64,000 nucleotides of DNA from Setoptus koraiensis (GCA_048013815.1 CM106586.1:558001-622000); one strand, 5' to 3'; shown: positions 11,693 through 24,870, numbered from the stretch's first letter. Numbers and translations are program-made. The notes: generated by a model from the sequence alone, not told the origin.

Positions 11693-14062
11693 ATACAGAA
11701 TTTGACACTGGATATATGCCGGGTGAGTGGATGGTATATCGAATTTGTTCGTTAGGCGGGAGCACGGGCTATCAAACCTTAGGTGTACGTCCCAGTGATT
11801 AGTCCCTATTATGACTGGTTTGTCCACTCTTCTCCAAAGGATTAAGTCTTCTTGTTTAAATTTGTAGGCTGACGCGGTGTTGATGCATAGTATTATTGTA
11901 AGGGCGATCATTATAGCGTTTAATGGCCCTAATGTTCTATTTATGTTCACTTGTGTGTTCGGTATTGCTTCTACGTATTTCTTGAGCTGAGATACGTGGG
12001 CTGTGAATTCTCGGTTTCGAAATCTTTCTGCGCCTTTAGCGTTGGTTGGATTGGTCCATTTGAGCAGGTATTTATCCCTTGCGGGGATATCTATGACTGT
12101 GTAGGGTCCTTCGTATCGATTTTCTAGTTTTCGATTTGGACCTCGGGCGTCATTGTTTCTGAGGACCTGATCGCCTATTTCGAATTGTTGGATGCGTCTC
12201 CTTTCATCGTACCTTTCTTTGTTGCTCTTTTGAGTCTTGACGGTATTTAAGATTGCAGATTCCGTCATCTCTTTTAGTTGTGAATGTATCATTTTGTTGT
12301 AGTTGTCATACGTTGTAGTTGGGCTGTGGTTGTCAATTGTTAGATTCGGGTTCCTTCCATGGACTTGTTGAAAAGGACTGTAGCCTGTGGTTGAATGTTT
12401 CGCCGTATTTATCGCGAAAACTGCCATTTGTAGGTGTTCGTCCCATTTGTCTGCCATATTCGACTGCGTGATGCATGCGAGTCGTTCCATTAACGTGTGG
12501 TTTACTCTTTCCACTATGGCATTTCCTTGATGATGGTGGGCAGAACTGTAGATATGATTAGTGCCTACCATTTTCTCTAGTTCTTTCAGGACTTGTGCTT
12601 TAAACTCGAGCGCGTTATCCGATAGTATTTCTCTCGGGGCTCCGTGTCTACCAATAATTTGTTCGGCGACGAACCTTGCTATGGTTGTGGCCTTTCTATC
12701 TGACACTGCTCGTGCTTCTACCCATTTAGTGAAGTGATCTATGCCTACTAAGATCTGTGTATTACCATTAGCTGATTTGGGTAGTTCGACCATGAGGTCT
12801 ATAGCAACTACCTCAAAGGGTTTTTCTGCGGGGAATGATTGCATTTCCCCAAATTCGAAGTCTCGTGGCTTCTTTCTAAATTGGCATATCGTACAGGCTG
12901 CGATGTACTGGCCTACTTCTTGTCTTTTGTTTGGCCAGTAGTATTGCTTGAGTCTATCTAGCGTGACGGCCAGTCCAGCATGGGCTGTCACTGCGCTTTC
13001 GTGAGCGTTACGTATTGTTCCCCAGGTGAATCTTTTGGGGACGACTAGCTTGTCGTCCACTGAATAGTATAGTCCGTTTATTAGCTTATGTGTGCTCTTG
13101 AGATAAGGATCTTTCTCTTCACACATTCTCGCGCACTCTAACCTCCACGTCGCTTCGCAATGGGCTGGCGGTAGTGGAAGGTCACTGGGGATTGTGAATG
13201 GAAGTACTTCTTCTTCTTCTTCTTGGTTTGTGGGGTTTGTGTCTCCCTCTACGCTGCTATCTTGCCTCGGTCTTGCTGCTGACCGCGTAGTGACTCTATT
13301 TATGGCGCGTATCTGGTTCATCATTAATGGTGACATTATGTCTTCTAGTTCGTCATTTTGCGTATGGTCGATTGGTGCTCTACTAAGGCAATCGACGTCA
13401 TGATGCATGGTGCCCTTTACGTATTTAAATTCCAGGTCATAGTCCTGTAGAATTAGGGCCCATCTTGCTAGTCGTGTTGGCAGCGGGCTTTTCTTGCCTA
13501 GGCTGCATAATGCGCAGTGGTCGGTCAATACCTCGACCCTGCGTCCCCATATGTACGGTCTAAATTTTTGGACTGCCCAGACGATTGCTAGTCCTTCCAG
13601 ATCTGTTATGCCGTAAGCCTGTTCGCACCGACTTGTTCTTCGGCTTGCATATGCGACAGGGTTCCATATCTTTTTGTCCATTGACTGTAGCAGTATCGCT
13701 CCGATACCCTCTTTACTTGCGTCTGTTTTCAATCTTAGGTGAGCTCTGTTGTTGAAGTGGACTAGGCATGGCGAAGAAGTTAATGCCCTTTTTATATCTT
13801 CCCAGGCCTTTTGACATTCTGTGGTCCATTCGAATTTGACGTCGTCTTTTGTTAATTCCAGTAAGGGGGCTGCCCTACTGGAGTAGTTTTCTATGAATTT
13901 TCTGTAGTATGATGCTATGCCGTTAAATCTTTTGACCTCCTTCGCGTTTGTTGGTGCTTTCATCTTGTCTATCGCGGCGGTCTTGCCTGGATCTGGGTGT
14001 ATTCCTTTCTGGTCTATGTAGTGACCTAGAAATCTTTAGCGCGCATACCGAATTGGCATTTG
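11693..14062 (-). pseudogene. pol: Gypsy pol (RT thumb, RNase H, integrase) continuing in frame into the Env signal peptide and N-terminus
   Basis: LKTDAS..GIGAILLQ, TDHCAL, HHCC (H..H..CTIC), DDE core (AIDL, LSDN, VERVN), GPY motif, then IMIALTIILCINTASA. Confidence 0.92.
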
Positions 14063-15033
14063 GGGGCTTGTTCGGAAAGACGACACACCCCAATTTGGGT
14101 ATTTCGGGTATTTTTGGGTAGAGTATGATGCCTTGAGACCGGAAAAGGTATTCCGGAAGTGCGGAAATCCTTCGTTCCCGAGATACCCGAGGTGCCGCAT
14201 TGTGGGTATTTCAGGGTATTTTTGTGGGCATATTTGGGGTACGGGCAGCCGTACCCTCCCGCATCCACATACGCTGTGGTACTGATGGTCGATTATAGAG
14301 GCTAGATTCTACCTAACAGCCCCAGGGGGAAAATAAAAGTAGTCTAACTAAATAGGCGTGACCAATGGATGCGGCGCGGAGCGCAAATGCGGGCACTGGA
14401 TCATCGACGGGATTCTGAGCACGCACTTCGGGGCTACGCCCCTCAGGATGTGCCACGATGTGCGGGTGGGCCTTTGGCCCACCCGCATAGGCCGGCCTAC
14501 CGTCCACGCTTTCGGCTTTCGGCTTTCGGCTTTCGGCTTTCGGCCTTCGGCCGACGGCGAGACGATTGATGGCCTGCCTCGTGACGGCCCTACGGGCCGT
14601 CCCGCATCCTGAGAAAGGATTGTTTCCCGTAGGCTGGGGGTCGAGTGGGCGGGGCCCGCGATCGGACCGGGTTTTATTCGAGCCAGCTTCCAAGAAGCAA
14701 GCTTGAACAAACGATTATGCCAAACAAACTACCCGATTCGCGTTGAACCTCGGACCGGAAGTGCTAGATAAAAAACAGTGAATTCCTCGAGATCAAGTCC
14801 TCGAATATGATTAAATCTAATGGAATCACGTACATCGTAGTGGAAACTGTACGATTATACCAAAATATATGGTAAAAAGCATCTGTGAGACCAAAAAAAT
14901 GGATTTTTCGATATCTCCGGAAGTAAAAATTTCCGCACTTCCGGACTGTCATATTTGTACTTGGGGGCCCATTTGGGGCCCCTGTGTTGAGTTTGATCGA
15001 AATCGGAGTGTGTCGTCTTTCCGAACAACACCC
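14063..15033. mobile_element. GG-terminated MITE-like element
   Basis: TIRs GGGGCTTGTTCGGAAAGACGACACAC / GTGTGTCGTCTTTCCGAACAACACCC; GGCTTTC microrepeat; flanks do not form a TSD. Confidence 0.75.
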
Positions 15034-15035
15034 AT

Positions 15036-15490
15036 TTATTCATTTTGTGCATTCATTCTATCCAGCTCGGCTATATATTCGTCTATTACTCTTAGAAACA
15101 CTCCTTCTCCTTCAGATGTTATGATGGTCTCATCGTCTGAGTCGCTTTCTATGGCATAGGACTCGTATATGATGACCACTGAATCGGCTTCGGAGTTGTT
15201 GGAGGTGGAGCTGTCTGGTGTGGGCGGACAGACGATGTTGCTCTCACTCTCAGACTCGTACTGAAGTTCGTATTCCTCAGTGGGGTCCATCAATTATTTC
15301 AGCAATTTGATCTATAGTTGCTCTTTCAGTTCTTGCTTGTGGCCGTGTATTTTGTAAAGGATAAGATCGTTGAGCCTTTGCTCATGCGTGAGGTTGCGGG
15401 CAGGATATATTTCGTGAGGGGTGGTTCCCAACTTAACTATTTTGTAAAAGGCCGTCCCTTATTTGTTCGGCTTTCTTCTTTGCCTCCTCA
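15036..15490 (-). pseudogene. Diverged homologues of the two Gypsy accessory ORFs (compare 41696-42528)
   Basis: EEAKKKAEQIRDGLLQ/KIVKLGTTPHEIYPARNLTHEQRLNDLILYKIHGHKQELKEQL (one frameshift), followed by acidic ORF 15036..15293. Confidence 0.7.
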
Positions 15491-15509
15491 CTATTGAACA
15501 TCCTCACTA

Positions 15510-15796
15510 TTCGAATTTTCAATTTTGAAGTTCGATTTGTCACCACAGAGCTCCTCACAAATTCGACCTAGTCAAATGTCCATAGGATTGCATACGAAAT
15601 AGTTTCGAGTGAAGCGATAATAGACCGAGTCGAATCTACATAGGAATAATGTAATGGGAATAGGAATATGTGTAATGTCTGACAGGATTCTCACAATTCA
15701 ACTAAGTCAAAACTCCATAGGATTACATAGTCACGTGAATAGATTAGCAATAAACACCAAACCAATAGCAACTTAATTAAAATTAAGCGCTAAAAA
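15510..15796 (-). mobile_element. 5' part of type B Helentron
   Basis: AGCAACTTAATTAAAATTAAGCGCTAAAAA at 15768-15796; upstream sequence matches the reverse complement of 10481-10760. Confidence 0.85.
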
Positions 15797-16299
15797 CTTT
15801 CGTCATATCTCTTCTTTAAATCGTGCAGACCCTTGTCCAAAAAATTCATATTGTCAACCATTTTTGTAATAACATCCTTCACTGCTGACTGCTCTTTTTC
15901 GTATGCCAGTACCTTGCTATGAAGATACGTATTGTCTGTTGTCGCACTTTCACTCGTCGGTCCTACCACATAGTATACCAAATTCGTTCTAAATTGATAG
16001 CAGAGCACCGCAGCGGCGATGCCTGAGAAAACCTGCTTCTTAACTCTGAGTGAGAGCGGGGAAATTTCTGACCTACTTCTCGACCCAAGCCTAGCAATTG
16101 CTTTAACGTTAGCCAACCATTCGGTTGCAAACAACGACTGACACTGTTGTTTGGCATCATCATGCGGTGTTCTTTTCTGGTGTGGTTCAAACTCCTTGCA
16201 CGGGTTTAGGTACAAGAGTAGTATCTTGAACTCTACTCTTGTACCGAAAGCTGCTTTGTTTGCCTTTTTCCACATTAACGGATCGGTCCTCACTAGCAC
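15797..16299 (-). pseudogene. env: Fragment of a second, diverged Env (N-terminal part to first heptad)
   Basis: DPLMWKK..LYLNPC..CQSLF aligns by eye with DLILWRR..RFDSPC..CQILY of the first Env; RVKK followed by hydrophobic VFSGIAAAVL. Confidence 0.65.
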
Positions 16300-16384
16300 A
16301 TTGGGTTATTCCATCGGTTCATAAAATTCAGAAATAAAGCATCGAATTCGAAGTATAATATCAGTATTTAATATTAAGGCAAAC

Positions 16385-16660
16385 ATGAATAATTTTGCGA
16401 ATACAGCGAATGAAATAATGGCAACAAAATTGGATTATAAAGTTAACAAATTAGAAGATTCTAATTATGTCACTTGGAAATGGCAAATGGTTAATGTGTT
16501 AAAGGCTAAAGCATTGTACAAAGCTGTGGTTGAAGAGAATGTAGATGAATCAAGCAATATGCATGCTCTAGCATCATTGGGTTCAGCCCTAAGTGTTGAC
16601 AATATGGGTCTAATTTTTGGGTGTGGAAGAGCTTTGGACGCTTAGAAAAGATTGGAACTA
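16385..16660 (+). pseudogene. gag: Ty1/Copia gag N-terminal fragment
   Basis: KLEDSNYVTWKWQMVNVLKAKAL resembles the Copia Gag N-terminal L.G.NY..W...M...L motif. Confidence 0.75.
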
Positions 16661-16698
16661 TTTTTTGAAAACAAGACATCTTTTGAAAAACAATCGCT

Positions 16699-18194
16699 GG
16701 GGCTTGTTCGGAAAGATGACACACCCTAATTAGGTTATTTCAGGTATTTCTGGGTAGGGTATGATGCCCTGAGACCGGAAAAGGTATTCCGGAAGTGCGG
16801 AAATTCTTCGTTCCCGAGATACCCGAGGTACCGCATTGTGGGTATTTCAGGGTATTTGTGGGCATATTTGGGGTACGGGCAGCCGTACCCTCCCGCATTC
16901 ACATACGCTGTGGTACTGATGGTCGGTTATAAAGGCTAGATTCTACCTAACAGCCCCAGGAGGAAAATAAAAGTAGTTTAACTTAATTGTCGTGACCAAT
17001 GGATGCGACGCGGAGCGCAAATGCGGGCACTGGATCATCGACGGAATTCTGAGCACGCACTTCCGGGCTGCGCCCCTCAGAATGCGCCACGATGTGCGGG
17101 TGGGCCAAAGGCCCACCCGCATAGGCCGGCCTACCGTCCACGCCCTCGGCCTTCGGCCGACGGCGGGACGATTGACGGCCTGCCTCGTGACGGCCCTACG
17201 GGCCGTCCCGCATCCCGGGAAAGGATTGTTTCCCGTGGGCTGGGAGTCGAGTGGGCGGGGCCCGCGATCGGGCCGGGTTCTGTTCGGCCTTGCGTTCAAG
17301 TTGTAAGCCTGAATGGACAATTACGCCAAACAAATTACTCTGTTCACGTTGAATCTCGGACCGGAAGTGCCAGATATAGAACAGTGAATTTCTCGAGATC
17401 AAGTTCTCAAATATGATTCGATCTAATGAAATCACGTAAATCGTAGTGGAAACTGTGCGATTATACCAAAATATGGTTGTTGTAGCGAATAGCGACCCGC
17501 CCTGATTTTGATGATTCTTCCGGTACGTGTACATCTTGACCCCAATAGACCGGAAAAATTAGTCCGGAAGTGCGGAAACTTCTGGTTCCGGTTTTACATG
17601 AAGTTGAAGATAGAGCTCCGAAATTCACCAAATTATTGCTTCGCTGCGCTCGGGGGTGAACATGCGGTGGGTATGAAAACTCGGCCTGCGACCTCGTATT
17701 CTGAAGGCCGTCACATCTCCGTTGTCCCTTCCGCGACGACTGTGTGCGACGGGAATCCTTCGGGAGGAGTTGATGATCGATTCGGGTATCAGGCTTCGCC
17801 CTCTACCCTCTGCTCAGGTGACTGCAGTCCACACAGGAATGAAGGTGAAAGAACGAACTGGGGCCATGTTTTTGGCACAGAAAAAAGGCTGCGCCAGCTT
17901 GTATGATGGATTGCATGAGCGCGGATAGTTCGTCCCGTCAACGCCCCCTCAGCAATTTTGACTAAATATCTCGTGAACCGGAAGTCGTACAGACTTGAAA
18001 TAGACATAATCGTACTCCGCATATACGGTTCCAGTTATCCAGTGAGATTCAAATCTGTATCTCAAAGTTTTTTTAAAACGGAACCGGAAGTTTCCGCACT
18101 TCCGGACCACTCGAACTGTTGTCAGGCGGCCCTACGGGCCCCATGTGTGAAGTTTCATCGAAATCTGACTGGGTCGCTATTCGCTACAACACCC
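16699..18194. mobile_element. Nested MITEs: truncated copy (16699-17474) interrupted by a second copy (17475-18194)
   Basis: GGGGCTTGTTCGGAAAGA start; GGTTGTTGTAGCGAATAGCGACCC ... GGGTCGCTATTCGCTACAACACCC TIR pair. Confidence 0.75.
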
Positions 18195-18289
18195 GCTCCC
18201 CCTCCGCGTGGAGTCGCTGGGACCTCAAAAAAACAAGTAATGGGCATCTCAGCTTCAAGTTTGTCACTTTCACCTAGTTCGATCAATCA

Positions 18290-18860
18290 TAGCATAACTT
18301 ATGCTGCGAGACACTTGTCAACGTAAGTAGCTTCTACTGTACTGTGATCTCCTAGTTTCATGACTACTAACTTCCCGTGCGCTAGATCCTAATTGTCAAC
18401 AGCTTGCCCTCTACTGTGCTAGATCCATCTAGTTCGCATCTCAGCCCTCTCTGTATCATTGTTTCCTAGTGATTTAGCCTCCTAGCTGTTCCTGTGTTAA
18501 ATTTAATAAACCAACATTAAAGCGTTCTATTGTACTAAATCTACCTAGTTTTCACCTTTCTAGCTTCCCTAGTGCTAATTCCAATTTGTAAACAGCTAGC
18601 ATTCTTGGTTCTAATTTTGACTAGTAAGCATCTAAGCTTCCACTGTATAATTGTTTTCCAATGACTCCGCCTCCTAGCTTTCACTGTACTAACAAACTAG
18701 GTAAATTTAAAACGATGAAACCTACCAGATGCTTCCCGATGCCTTCCTTGTGCTAATTTTCCCTAGATAGAAAATTGCACTGATTTGTTCTACTCACGTG
18801 AATAAACGTATCCATCATCACCACACGAATAGCAACTTAATTAAAATTAAGCGCTAAAAA
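18290..18860 (-). mobile_element. 5' part of type C Helentron (CTAG-rich, diverged)
   Basis: AGCAACTTAATTAAAATTAAGCGCTAAAAA ending at 18860. Confidence 0.8.
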
Positions 18861-19720
18861 GTTGCCTCAATCCAAGGACTTAACCAATCTAGCATCGGCA
18901 GCAGCTAATTTAAAGAATTTAGGGGCAACTGTGGCGATTGCTGAAACTGCCGCTGCTGCTACCGCTATTGCAGTCGCATCAGGGACAACAGCCACCCTGT
19001 TTAGTAACTTAATGAAGCAGTGTCCTGCATCTCAGGATCTTCTTACCCTGAAGAAGACGATTGAGGAGAAGAGACTTTTAATGGATGATTATCGAAACAA
19101 GTTGGCAGACAAGTCGTTTGTGACCTTAAAGAATTTGGAAGAATCAGCCAAAGAGGTCGCTTTATTACGCACTACCCTGACAAACAAAGATAATTTATTA
19201 TAAAAAGTCAAAGATGTCTGTACCGAAACAAACAGGACACTCTTTGATACCAGAGAGAAACTCTTGGTAACCAACATGACACTCGTTGATACCAGGCTAA
19301 CTCTCTCGGAAACAAACAAGACACTTATCGAAACCAAGAAGAAACTCTTCTTAACCAACATGAAACTGCTTGTAACTCAAAAAGACACTTATCGATAGCA
19401 ACAGGACACTCACTGAAGCTATCGTCGAAAAAGATGAAATAATCATTCACTCAACTGATATCATTGATAAACAAGACAGCAGACTAAGAAACTTAGAAGA
19501 AGATAAAGAGAAAACCAATCTTAGAATCGAGAAAATTTCCAACCAATCTAAACATTTGCAGCAGAAATCCAACCTAGAAATAGCCGAATTGCGGGCAATT
19601 ATTTCGGAGCTGGAGCGCAATTTGTCTCTGAAGAATACCGAATTGGTTGAACTTAAAGATTATTTGGAGAAGAATGGTATCAACCCGAAGAACATGAACA
19701 ACAAGAAACCACATGTTTAG
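18861..19720 (+). pseudogene. Unassigned coiled-coil ORF remnant with 21-bp (heptad) repeats
   Basis: ORF 18862..19203 continues past a stop as TNRTLFDTREKLLVTNMTLVDTRLTLSETNKTLIETKK...; begins exactly at a Helentron 5' terminus. Confidence 0.5.
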
Positions 19721-19810
19721 TTCCTCTCAAACTGTAACAAAAATGGCAATAAAACTTCTTTAAGATAAGCTTGGCGTAATGAATGATGCATTAATCTGAT
19801 CCGCGAACCC

Positions 19811-19895
19811 CTAGAACCCCGCAAAACCCGCAAAACCCGCTAAACCCGCAAAACCCGCAAAACCCGCTAAACCCGCAAACCCGTCTACCCGTCTA
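19811..19895. repeat. AAACCCGC(A/T) microsatellite
   Basis: About 7 imperfect 9-10 bp units. Confidence 0.85.
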
Positions 19896-20182
19896 CCGCG
19901 CACTCGGCGCACCGCTCAGCACACGAGCGCACTAGCACACAGCTAGTTGTGCGCTTTTCTATGTGAGTTCATGATTGATTTGGCTGTGTGCTAGCGAGCA
20001 GCACAGTGTGTTTTATAGATGTCCGCTCTGATTGAAACACCCTTCATATGATAGCTAAGGAGCGGACATATACTTGTAATCATGCTTTAAATTAGTCTAG
20101 TCTGCGACGAAAGGCGTTATATAGTGGTATAGCTGAGATCTCTTGTGTTCTCAGCTACCACACTCACATCAATTCATCGAAT

Positions 20183-20287
20183 TCGAGCGTTAACAGGTTG
20201 TCATAAACTCCTTTGAATCCTTCAACAATACTTGTCCACACTAAAAATTAAGCGCTCGAAATGCTGATTTGATCAGTATTACTTGTT
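20183..20287 (+). mobile_element. Isolated 3' terminal stub of type B Helentron
   Basis: Matches 11595-11692, including subTIR and hairpin. Confidence 0.85.
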
Positions 20288-21465
20288 AATAATAACATAT
20301 CCTAATTTAAACCATGTCTAACCAGATGATGACTGACCGTTTTTGAGCGTTGATTTTTGTGTGATGGGGTACATGAATTGTCACTCATATTTATACTCAA
20401 TTTCGATGTGTCATCCTCGGCTTATTCATCAAGTTCGTCATTCACAATAACGCATCGTGGTCAAGTTGGTGGCGATAGACAGCGGCAATTTTCACATATC
20501 TATTACTCATACGTGTAGTCTTGAACGACATGAGTCTTAAAAGACCAGACGTATATTTGACCTTGCCGGACGAAGGTCGGAGGGAAATTCACGAAGTGAG
20601 TAATGAACACATATATTTCGTTACTCTCTGTTCTCAGAGAGGTGCTGAGTACCTTCAATCTAATTTAGTTGTAATAATGCACAATAAAGTATCTTTCATA
20701 TAATCATAACAGAGCGCTCATCGACCCTACTCGAAGGGTTCCCGTCGCACGCAGCCATCGCAGAAGCGACGACGGAGATGTGACGGTCGCCAGAATACGA
20801 GGCCGCAGGCCAAGTTCTTAGAACAATTGCAGGCTCATCCCTGAGTGTAGCGAAGCCTAAATTCGGCAACTTCTGGTCTTTCAATTCTAGAGATGTCGCT
20901 ATAACCAGAGAACCGGAAGTGTTGAAGTGCTGAAAGTTATGTCATCCTGTTAATCAGTATCTAGAACGTCAGTCTGGTGAGTTTCATTTCTCTAGAAGCA
21001 ACTTCTGGTAAAACTGGAACCGCAAGTTTCCGCACTTCAGGACCACCTTTCCCGATAGTTTTGGGTCAAGATAAATCTGTACCGGAATTTTCATCATGAT
21101 CGGCGCTGGGACCTAATCGCTACAACAACCGATTTCTGAATATACTCATCTGAGAAAACTTAGCTTGGCACTGACAATTACATATGGTTTTAGCTTAAGT
21201 GCAACCAGTTCATACTAACTGAGCGTATTCTTTTCGAGGCCAAGAATCCCATCCACTTCTGGTGCCTGAGTAGGTGGCGATTGCATGAATTGTCTCCGTG
21301 AATTTGGTAGCATTTTGTTTGATATCGAACAAGCATTCCCTGAACTTGAAATCGAGATTTGACACAAACTGATCATGATTAGGAACTGGTACATTTTCAT
21401 TCGATGTCGTGAGAATCTGCCTTTAAAATAGAGCGCGGCCTAAAAAGAAGATTATAACAAAGGTT

Positions 21466-22741
21466 AACAAGTGATACTGATTCGATCAGTATCTCGAGCG
21501 CTTAATTTTTTTTTTTGATAGACGAGTATCGTTGGAATATAGATGCGAGTATGTGACAACATGCCGGAGATAAACATCTATGCCTGTCAGATCAGAGTAG
21601 CCGAAAAGATGACAGATTAAATACGAGTTTTCCAAATTTTCATCGCAGCATGATACACATGTTGATTGCTTGCGTATGAAATTTAGTGAGATTCTAATAG
21701 TCAGTTTCGCCGCAATGAGTATTTAAGTTAGACACACCAATTAGTCAATGGCGCACACTTTGTTATAGTGCATCAATTTTGAATTTCGAAGTTCGAAATG
21801 TGACCATCGAACTTCGAATTGTAACCAGCGAACTTCGAATTGTGACCATCAAACTCTGTACGAGCACCTGGAACTAGTATCGGAAATTCGAATTTTCAAT
21901 CTTCGAACTCCAAATTGGGTTGTTCTAGCGATTGAGTCCCCAACCGGATCTTGATGAAACTTCCGGTATAGGTCTATTTCGACCTGAATGAGACGGAACA
22001 AGTAATACTGATCAAATCAGTATTTCGAGCGCTTAATTTTTTGTGTGGACAAGTATTGTTGAAGGATTCAAAGGAGTTTATGACAACCTGTTAACCACCG
22101 AACTTCAAAATGTGACCATCGAACATTGACCATCGAACATCGAACGAGCAGATGGAAATGTCATCAGAAATTCGAATTTTCAATTTCGAATTTCTAAGTT
22201 CGAAATGTGACCATCGAAGTTCGAATATCACGTCATCAGTATCTCGAGCGCTTAATTTTTTGGATAGACGAGTATCGTTGGAATATGGATGCGAGTATGT
22301 GACAACATGTCGGAGATAATCATCTATGCCTGTCGATCAGAGTAGCCGAAAAGATGACAGAATGAATACAAGTTCTCCCAATTTCTATCGCAGCATGATA
22401 CACATGTCGATTGCTTGCGTGTGGAATTTAGTAAGATTCTAATAGTCAGTTTCGCCGCAATGAGTAATTAAGTTAGACACACCAATTAGTCAATGGCGCA
22501 CACTTTGTTATAGTGCATCAATTTTGAATTTCGAAGTTCGAAATGTGACCATCGAACTTCGAATTGTCACCAGCGAACTTCGAATTGTGACCATCAAACT
22601 CTGTACGAGCACCTGGAACTAGTATCGGAAATTCGAATTTTCAATCTTCGAACTCCAAATTGGGTTGTTCTAGCGATTGAGTCCCCAACCGGATCTTGAT
22701 GAAACTTCCGGTATAGGTCTATTTCGACCTGAATGAGACGG
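21466..22741 (-). mobile_element. Two diverged tandem copies (about 500 bp) of a type D Helentron 3' region plus MITE end, separated by a type B 3' part (21997-22230)
   Basis: 21489-21996 resembles 22238-22741; three 3' termini at 21466, 21997 and 22235 (truncated). Confidence 0.8.
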
Positions 22742-23514
22742 AAAAAGTGGTCCGGAAGCCGGAAAACTTCCGGTTCCGGTTTTACATAAAGTTCACCAGA
22801 AAGAGATTTTAGGCTACGCTCAACACGTTGACATAATTTTCAGCTCAATGCAACTTCCGGTTCGCCAGATATAGGGATATTACAGGGCTTGGAAAACCGG
22901 AAGTGACCGAACTATTGCTTCGCTGCGCTCGGGGATGAACATGCGGGGGGTCTGAGAACTCGGCCTGCGGCCTCGTATTCTGGAGGCCGTCACATCTCCG
23001 TCGTCGCTCCCGCGACGACTGCGTGCGACGGGAACCCTTCGGGTAGGGTTGATGAGCGCTTCGGGTATCGGGCTGCGCCCTCTACCCTCCGCTCACATGA
23101 CTGCAATCCAAACACAGCTGCAGGCGGGAAGAGCGAACGAACCAACCAACAGAGAATAAGAAACAAGGGATTAAATGACCTAAACAGAAGTGAATACTGG
23201 GTGCGGCGCGCACGAGGCACAGGATGGGTCCGCTCATCGCAACCGCACAGGGCCCGGCCACACCCTTTTCTGCGTTGAACAGCTATATCTAAGTAACCGG
23301 ATGTGGCAGAAGATTTATTTTGATTTCATCGTGCTTCGCTAGGCGTCATCTATCCGATTACGAATTTTCAAAGCTCTATCTCAATCTTTTGGTAACTCCG
23401 GAACCGGAAGCTTCCTGGCTTCCGGTCTACTCATTCTATGATATGGGGCCCCTACGGGGCCCATGTGTGAAGTTTCATCAAAATCTGAGTGGGGACTCAA
23501 TCTCAAGAACACCC
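22663..23514. mobile_element. GG-terminated MITE with near-perfect 8-bp TSD
   Basis: CCAAATTG|GGTTGTTCTAGCGATTGAGTCCCC ... GGGGACTCAATCTCAAGAACACCC|TCAAATTG. Confidence 0.8.
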
Positions 23515-23519
23515 TCAAA

Positions 23520-24471
23520 TTGCTACCACCGAACTTCGAACTGTGACCATCGATCTCCGAGCATCGAACACTGACCAACGAACATCGAACGAGCAGATGG
23601 AACTGTCATCAGAAATTCGAATTTTCAATTTCGAATTTCGAAGTTCGAAATGTGACCATCGAACTTCGAATTGTCACCAGCGAACTTCGAATTGTGACCA
23701 TCGAACTCTGTACAAGCACCTGGAACTCGTATCGGAAATTCGAATTTTCAATTTCGAATTTCGAAGTTCGAAATGTGACCATCGAACTTCTAACTATCAC
23801 CAGCGAACTTCGAATTGTGACTGTTCGATATTAGTTGTATTTGTATTGTGCTCATAGCAAAGATGTGTCATATGAGCCGTGAGTGTCGCACTCACCACCG
23901 TGTTCATATGCTGTATGCTATATGCATTAATTGTGAGCATGTACTGATCATGTGATCAACACTCCTAACACGGAGTTACTTTCCACTCTAAAGCATATTC
24001 ATCTATGTTATATACAATCATAGAAATAAAGTAGTTATAATCTAACTCTTCGTGAGTTAACATCTAAACAAAATACGTTATGTTAACAGTGACTATTGAA
24101 CTCTGTACAAGCACCTGAAACTGTGCTGTAATCTCTTAGCAACAACGCATCTAGCTTTCCGTGCACTAAATCAGAATTGTCGACAGCTAGCCTTCTGCTG
24201 TGCTAAATTCATCTAGTTAGCATCTCAGCTTTGAGCGTGCTAATCGCATCTAGTAAGTGAACGCGCAAAGAATTCTATGTGCTAAATTTAACTAATCAAC
24301 ATTGTAAGCTTTGAGTGTTCTAAATTTATCTAGTTTATTTCTCACAATACAGCTTCCACCGTGCTATTCTTTACTAGTTGAAAAAAGCACTGATTTGTTT
24401 TACGCACGTGAATAAACGTGTCCATCCGACCCACATCAATAGCTACTTAATTAAAATTAAGAGCTAAAAAA
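23520..24471 (-). mobile_element. Helentron 5' part (type C terminus, variant AAGAGCT) with TCGAA satellite
   Basis: AGCTACTTAATTAAAATTAAGAGCTAAAAAA at 24441-24471. Confidence 0.75.
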
Positions 24472-24870
24472 TATGCTGCTGACATTTTTACAAAATCATG
24501 TATAAGATTCCAGATAGAATCAACAAGTCCTTGTTCTTCGGACTGGATTTTAACGGCATCAATTTTATCGACTGTCTCTTTGGCCTGCGCATGTAGCGCC
24601 TGCAGATCTTTCGCCGTTATTGATTTAAATTCCACACCGGCTGTCCCTAATTGTAGGTTCAACTCTTCAGGTATGTCGTAGTGGACGAGGCTCCTGTGAT
24701 TCGTGGAATGGTTGTCGATTTGGAATTTAGTGGTTTCTTCTTGTCCTATGATATGGTTTGGGCAACTGTGGACTTTTTCATCAATCGTAATATTAGTGGT
24801 AGTATTATGCAGTTGGGCTGGAGCACAGACGCCAGTGCTGGAATAAATCTCCAATTGAAAGTAACCACTG
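24472..24870 (-). pseudogene. env: Env C-terminal ectodomain fragment from another diverged family
   Basis: NITIDEKVHSCPNH..TKF..PEELNLQLG parallels NIEIEGDTHKCPNY..TSF..SEEINSKLG in the first Env. Confidence 0.6.

Noticed and set aside
21135-21460. Possible transposase remnant (NPIHFW..; ILFDIEQAFPEL)
   Set aside because: Too short and degenerate to assign by eye
23030-23100. TTGATGAG in the MITE core as a hammerhead ribozyme
   Set aside because: No CUGAUGA with a downstream GAAA and compatible stems
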